Source: Armatimonadota bacterium (GTDB taxonomy: Bacteria > Sysuimicrobiota > Sysuimicrobiia > Sysuimicrobiales > Humicultoraceae). From it: a stretch of 12,071 nt of DNA. The stretch covers positions 1 through 12,071 of the forward strand of contig JBQTJP010000305.1 of NCBI GenBank assembly GCA_052386995.1. Reading direction: 5' to 3'. Every line of letters begins with the position of its first letter. Position 1 is the first letter of the stretch. A program made the translations under genes and the position numbers. Shown one piece after another: positions 8,272 to 12,071 of the stretch. Under the pieces are notes generated by a model. The model had not been told where the DNA came from. It did no database searches and was given only the letters and a program-made list of their open reading frames with translations.

Positions 8272-9441
8272 CTATGAGCGCACCATGATCTTGCCGTCTT
8301 CGCGACGGGTGGCCTTCTGTACGGCCTCGACACCGCGATCGAGCGGAAACCGGCTGGTGATGATCTGCGTCATATCGATGCGGCCTGCGGCCATGAGCCG
8401 GATCACCGAGGGAAAGTTCCCGTATCCGGAGTGTCCCTGCGCGCCGTAGACCTGCGCCGCGTGTGTCTGGAGATGCTCCAGGTACATCGGGACGCGTTCG
8501 GCCGCGCGGCCGATCATCACGATCTTTCCACCGACGGCGAGCGTCTCTTCCATTTCGGGGATCGTTCGCGGTGGCGCGCCCGCTGCTTCGATGTGCATGT
8601 CCGCGCCCTCGCCCTTGGTCGCCTCTAAGACGACCTCACGGGGGCGGGTGCCCTGCCGCTGGAGATCAACGGGGTTGTACACAACATCGGCGCCGACCTT
8701 GCGCGCGAGCTCCTGCCGGAGGGGAGAGACTTCAAACGCGATAACGCGGCCGGCACCGGCGGCCCGGGCGAGCGCGATGGCCGCGAATCCGATCGGCCCG
8801 GTGCCGAAGACCGTGACGTATCCGCCGGGTTTGAAGCCGCCCGCACGGGTGAACATCGCGTTGTACGACACGCTGGTCGGCTCGCACAGCGCCCCGGCTT
8901 CGTAAGCGCGGTCCTTGCTGCCGTAGACCTCGGCGAGTTCGTTGATCTTCCAGCAGTACTTGGCCCCGACGACGATCGACTCGGCCTGTGCCCCGTCGAT
9001 CGTGAACCCGATCTCTTCCAGGCGAAGACACTGGTTGGGATAGCCGTTCCGGCAGGGGATGCATTCGCCGCACCAGATCATCTCCTCGACCGTCACCAGG
9101 TCCCCGACGCGCAAATCGCGGACCTCGCGGCCGACTTCGACGATCTCGCCGGAAAACTCGTGGCCGATGACGACCGGGAACTTTGTCAGCCCCGGATACA
9201 GCATGTAGCCGTCGCGGTCGGTTTCGTAGAAGTGGACGTCCGATCCACAAATCCCGCAGGCGCGCGGCCGAATACGCACCGACCCGGGCTGCAGCGCAGC
9301 TTCGGGCACATCGGCGACGCTGACTTTGGGATGGCGCCAGACGCTGCTCCCGGTGACCGCCTTGCCGGAGGCGCGCTCGAACTCGCTGGGCGTATAACCC
9401 TCCCGCGGCTCCCACTTCGCCTCGACCAGCAGCCCTCTCAT
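8272..9441 (-). CDS. iolM: scyllo-inosose 3-dehydrogenase IolM (Zn-dependent MDR)
   Basis: Start moved to ATG 9441-9439 (MRGLLVEAKWEPR) because AGGAGGGA lies 7 nt upstream; 389 aa. Motifs CGICGSD, GHEFSG, CGECIPC...C, GTGPIG. IolM-like features recalled from TM0412: N-terminal AKWxPR...GSxVWRxP, GYxLYPGLT, EEMxWCG, QGHSGxGxFP. Confidence 0.9.
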   Translation of the reverse strand: MRGLLVEAKWEPREGYTPSEFERASGKAVTGSSVWRHPKVSVADVPEAALQPGSVRIRPRACGICGSDVHFYETDRDGYMLYPGLTKFPVVIGHEFSGEIVEVGREVRDLRVGDLVTVEEMIWCGECIPCRNGYPNQCLRLEEIGFTIDGAQAESIVVGAKYCWKINELAEVYGSKDRAYEAGALCEPTSVSYNAMFTRAGGFKPGGYVTVFGTGPIGFAAIALARAAGAGRVIAFEVSPLRQELARKVGADVVYNPVDLQRQGTRPREVVLEATKGEGADMHIEAAGAPPRTIPEMEETLAVGGKIVMIGRAAERVPMYLEHLQTHAAQVYGAQGHSGYGNFPSVIRLMAAGRIDMTQIITSRFPLDRGVEAVQKATRREDGKIMVRS

Positions 9442-9573
9442 GCACCGATCCCTCCTAGGGTCTTCTGTGAGATTTCGTCGAAAGCGCGGCGCAGACCTTG
9501 GAGGCAATCGCAAAAGGGGAACCCTTCCATTCCTATAGAATGAAGGGTGCATTCAGCTCGGGAGGCATGCCGT
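9442..9573. promoter_or_regulatory. Divergent control region shared by the iol operon and the acyl-CoA dehydrogenase gene
   Basis: 132-bp gap of lower GC between two SD-supported starts. Contains the palindrome TTTCG-T-CGAAA (9473-9483) and the inverted repeat CCCTTcCATTC-ctata-GAATGAAGGG (9522-9547), which spans a -10-like TAGAAT (9536-9541). Confidence 0.55.
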
Positions 9574-10755
9574 GTGAAAGAGCTGGTGGCGCGACCCACT
9601 GACTATTACGTGCTGGACGAGCTGCTCAGCGACGACGAGCGCATGGTGCGCGACACCGTACGCCGCTTCGTCGACCGTGAGGTGCTCCCGCACATCGGCG
9701 GATGGTGGCTGCGCGGCGAGTTTCCGCGCCACCTGATCCCTGCGCTGGGCAGCCTTGGGGTGCTCGGGGCCAACCTGCCCGCCGAGTACGGTGCCGCCGG
9801 AGTGAACAACATCGCCTACGGGCTAATTTTACAAGAGCTCGAACGCGGCGATTCAGGGATTCGCTCGTTCGCTTCGGTGCAGGGCGCCCTGGTCATGTAT
9901 CCCATTCACCGGTTCGGCAGCGAAGCCCAGCGCCGGCGGTGGCTGCCACTGCTCGCCCGCGCAGAAGCCGTCGGCTGCTTCGGGTTGACCGAACACACGG
10001 CGGGCTCCGATCCCGCCGCGATGCAGACACGGGCCAGGCGAAGCGGCGACGGGTGGACCCTCTCGGGCACGAAGATGTGGATCACCAACGGCTCGATGGC
10101 CGATGTCGCCGTCATCTGGGCCAAAGACGACGAGGACGAGATTCGCGGCTTTCTGGTTGAGCGCGGCGCCCCCGGATTCGCGGCTCACGAGGTGAAGACC
10201 AAAGCCAGCATGCGCGCCTCGGACACTTCCGAACTCGTGCTCGACGGCGTCAGGGTCGCAGCCGACGCGCGGCTTCCGGAGGCGAAGGGCCTGAGCGCAC
10301 CGCTCGCCTGCCTCACCCAGGCGCGCTACGGTATCTCGTGGAGCGTGCTCGGGGCTGCGACAGCCTGCTTCGAAGAGGCGCTCGCGTACGCCCGCGACCG
10401 CATCGCGTTCGGCCGGCCGATCGCGGCCACCCAGATCATTCAGGCGCGGCTGGTCGATATGCTCAGCGACATCACCAAGGCGCAGTTGCTCGCCTACCGC
10501 CTCGGCCAGCTAAAGGATCAAGGCAAAATGCGCCACACTCAGGTATCGCTGGCGAAGCGGAACAACGTACGGGCCGCTCTGGAGATTGCCCGCGCCGCCC
10601 GTTCGATCCTGGGCGCCGCGGGCATCACCCTCGAGTTTCACGCCATGCGCCACGCCGCGAATCTCGAGACGGTCGACACGTATGAAGGCACGTACGACAT
10701 CCACACGCTCATCCTCGGCCGCGACCTTACCGGCTTCAACGCGTTTGGCGCGTAG
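9574..10755 (+). CDS. gcdH: Acyl-CoA dehydrogenase, glutaryl-CoA dehydrogenase-like
   Basis: Probable GTG start at 9574 with GGAGG at 9561-9565; 393 aa. GCDH-type motifs ELERGDSGIRSFASVQ, GCFGLTE...GSDP, KMWITNG, and TYEGTYDIHTLILGR with the catalytic Glu. Confidence 0.85.
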   Translation: MKELVARPTDYYVLDELLSDDERMVRDTVRRFVDREVLPHIGGWWLRGEFPRHLIPALGSLGVLGANLPAEYGAAGVNNIAYGLILQELERGDSGIRSFASVQGALVMYPIHRFGSEAQRRRWLPLLARAEAVGCFGLTEHTAGSDPAAMQTRARRSGDGWTLSGTKMWITNGSMADVAVIWAKDDEDEIRGFLVERGAPGFAAHEVKTKASMRASDTSELVLDGVRVAADARLPEAKGLSAPLACLTQARYGISWSVLGAATACFEEALAYARDRIAFGRPIAATQIIQARLVDMLSDITKAQLLAYRLGQLKDQGKMRHTQVSLAKRNNVRAALEIARAARSILGAAGITLEFHAMRHAANLETVDTYEGTYDIHTLILGRDLTGFNAFGA

Positions 10756-10782
10756 CGGCGCCGGCGTGCGGCCTCGGCGCGC

Positions 10783-11415
10783 TTACCAGACCAGAGGGTG
10801 CCCTCTGCCCGACTCAGACCGGGACGGCAGCGCCTGTCCGGCGTCGGGTGCGCAGTCTCGCCCTGTGAAGGTCCCGAAGCCGACCACGGCATTGACCTCG
10901 GTCCGGCCCGTCGTCGTCCCCAGCGCGGCAAACGAGACCGTAAACGTCACTCGGGAGCTATCCTGACTGACCGTAGCCGAGCCGGTGACGGCGAGCCCGG
11001 CGTCCCGCACGGGATAGGTCCCATCCAGGTTTCTGGAGGTCAGGTCGATGAAGCGATCGAGCCCCTGCGCCCCGCCGCACGGCGCGACAAAGAGGATTCC
11101 GGTCGCGCGGTTGAGGTCGGTGTTGAAGCCCACGCCGCCGCTGAACTGTGTCCCTGTAGGGACCGAGCCCGCCGGTGGAAGGGCCGGATCAGGGTTTACC
11201 CAGAGGCGCACCTGAAGCTCGGAACTCCCGCGGACCGTTCGGATCTCGATGATATCGTAGGTGGGCGCGGCGCCGGCGTCGCCGCCTGGGTCGGCATGCA
11301 CGCTCGTGCCCTGGTCCTGTGGGGTCCCCGGCGTGCCGCCGATCAACTGGCCGCATGCCGTTGTGAATAGCACAATCGCTACGAGAACCACGGTCGTCCT
11401 GAGCTGCACGGGCAT
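10783..11415 (-). CDS. Hypothetical lipoprotein (possible DOMON/CBM9-like beta-sandwich)
   Basis: Signal peptide with lipobox ...VVLVAIVLFTTA-C, G/T/P-rich linker, then a beta-rich domain. SD GGAGG at 11421-11425 favours the second ATG (11415) over 11418; 210 aa. Confidence 0.8.
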   Translation of the reverse strand: MPVQLRTTVVLVAIVLFTTACGQLIGGTPGTPQDQGTSVHADPGGDAGAAPTYDIIEIRTVRGSSELQVRLWVNPDPALPPAGSVPTGTQFSGGVGFNTDLNRATGILFVAPCGGAQGLDRFIDLTSRNLDGTYPVRDAGLAVTGSATVSQDSSRVTFTVSFAALGTTTGRTEVNAVVGFGTFTGRDCAPDAGQALPSRSESGRGHPLVW

Positions 11416-11543
11416 CATCCCCTCCGGTCTGAATTTGCCGTGTGGCGTTTTACCCAGATACTACGTGGGGGGATGGGAGGAAGTTCACGCTGCGACGACG
11501 TGTGGTCTCTTGCTTGCCGGGAGGGTGAGCGCGAGCGTCTCTG

Positions 11544-11583
11544 AAAACAGAGAAACGGCGGTGTCAGACCCGCCGTCTCTCTG
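11544..11583 (-). terminator. Rho-independent terminator downstream of the Lys-rich small ORF
   Basis: Minus-strand RNA CAGAGAGACGGCGG-GUCUGACA-CCGCCGUUUCUCUG-UUUU: 14-bp stem with one G.U pair, followed by a U4 tract. Confidence 0.75.
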
Positions 11584-11601
11584 GGAGCAAGCGCAGGGCG
11601 G

Positions 11602-11646
11602 CTACTTGCCCTTCTTTTTGGCTTTCTTTGCCTTCTTGGCCACCAT
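11602..11646 (-). CDS. 14-aa lysine-rich small protein MVAKKAKKAKKKGK
   Basis: ATG GTG GCC AAG AAG GCA AAG AAA GCC AAA AAG AAG GGC AAG TAG. Perfect AGGAGG (11652-11657) 5 nt upstream, a second AGGAGG at 11660-11665, and a terminator 18 nt after the stop. Confidence 0.65.
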   Translation of the reverse strand: MVAKKAKKAKKKGK

Positions 11647-11704
11647 CCCCGCCTCCTTCCCTCCTGGAAGATAGACGGCCTACCTGCCGTCGTTTTTCCG
11701 TTCG

Positions 11705-11752
11705 CCACAATATATAGCATATCCTCCTCCGAGCTCACACAATTTATAGCGT
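11705..11752. promoter_or_regulatory. Tandem NrdR-box-like operator sites
   Basis: CACAATATATAGC (11706-11718) and CACAATTTATAGC (11738-11750): 12/13 identical, 32-bp period, similar to the NrdR consensus acaCwAtATaTwGtgt. Confidence 0.6.
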
Positions 11753-11827
11753 GGCGATCGGCGGCTCTTCGGGCAAGTCTCTGAAACGTGGGAAGGGGGA
11801 TAGTACTTCTCGGAGAATCCCCCCGCG

Positions 11828-12071
11828 ATGCTGTCGCCCGCCGGACCCTCATCGATGCGCCTCCTGCTGCTCCTCGCCGCGGCGGCCGTGCTTACGATCT
11901 CAGGCGCGGCAGCCCTGGGGCAACCCTCTGTCTCTGACATCCGGGGTCACTGGGCCGAGGCCAGGATCAACGACTTGCTCGGGAGAGCCGTCATCAGCCT
12001 CGGCGCCGAACGCGCATTCCGCCCCAACGAGTCCATCTCGCGTGCGCAGTTCGTCGCGTGGCTCGTCGCCG
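11828..12071 (+). CDS. Secreted S-layer homology (SLH) domain protein, 5' part only
   Basis: Not in the ORF track; translated by hand: MLSPAGPSSMRLLLLLAAAAVLTISGAAALGQPSVSDIRGHWAEARINDLLGRAVISLGAERAFRPNESISRAQFVAWLVA. Signal peptide followed by the SLH pattern DIxGHWA...FRPN..(T/S)RA(E/Q)F. Alternative start at ATG 11855. Confidence 0.85.
   Translation, partial: MLSPAGPSSMRLLLLLAAAAVLTISGAAALGQPSVSDIRGHWAEARINDLLGRAVISLGAERAFRPNESISRAQFVAWLVA

Noticed and set aside
9442..9573. Track starts at 9552 (iolM, 426 aa) and 9547 (acyl-CoA dehydrogenase, 402 aa)
   Set aside because: They would overlap head to head and leave no promoter space; SD-supported starts exist at 9441 and 9574.
10756..10782. 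Terminator between the convergent gcdH-like and lipoprotein genes
   Set aside because: Only a 6-bp GCGCCG/CGGCGC stem with an 11-nt loop and no U-tract; too weak to call.
9574..11646. Lys-rich peptide as an attenuator of the gcdH-like gene (lysine degradation link)
   Set aside because: The small ORF is on the opposite strand and downstream of gcdH, so it cannot act as its leader; the proximity is probably coincidental.
11420..11827. Riboswitch, tRNA, ncRNA or CRISPR array in the intergenic region
   Set aside because: No recognisable aptamer or cloverleaf; the repeats occur only twice and are 10-13 bp. An Rfam/Infernal scan would settle it.
11415..11852. 145-aa minus ORF, including an internal GGAGGAGGAT-ATG start (MLYIVANG...) whose stop overlaps the lipoprotein start
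   Set aside because: Arg/Pro/Ser-rich with no motif; it crosses the terminator and the operator-like boxes, and its full length overlaps the SLH gene start. The 14-codon ORF in another frame explains the signals better.

Overview
GC-rich bacterial chromosomal window with no RNA genes, CRISPR array or mobile element. (1) Positions 1-9441 hold a tightly coupled minus-strand operon of at least nine genes for inositol/cyclitol catabolism. In transcription order: iolM (scyllo-inosose 3-dehydrogenase), iolI-like inosose isomerase, Gfo/Idh/MocA dehydrogenase, Cof-type HAD phosphatase, AfuA-like ABC binding protein, fused permease, second HAD phosphatase, ABC ATPase, and iolN (creatininase-family ring hydrolase, truncated at the window edge and absent from the ORF track). 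The set resembles the rare Thermotoga maritima IolM/IolN route, joined to a sugar-phosphate-type transporter and two phosphatases, which suggests uptake and breakdown of an inositol phosphate. (2) A divergent glutaryl-CoA dehydrogenase-like gene and a convergent lipoprotein of unknown function follow. (3) The last intergenic region contains a small unannotated unit: two NrdR-box-like sites 32 bp apart, a 14-codon lysine-rich ORF (MVAKKAKKAKKKGK) with a strong Shine-Dalgarno, and an intrinsic terminator. (4) The window ends in the 5' part of an SLH-domain secreted protein. Family assignments come from motifs and recalled reference sequences; no database search was run.
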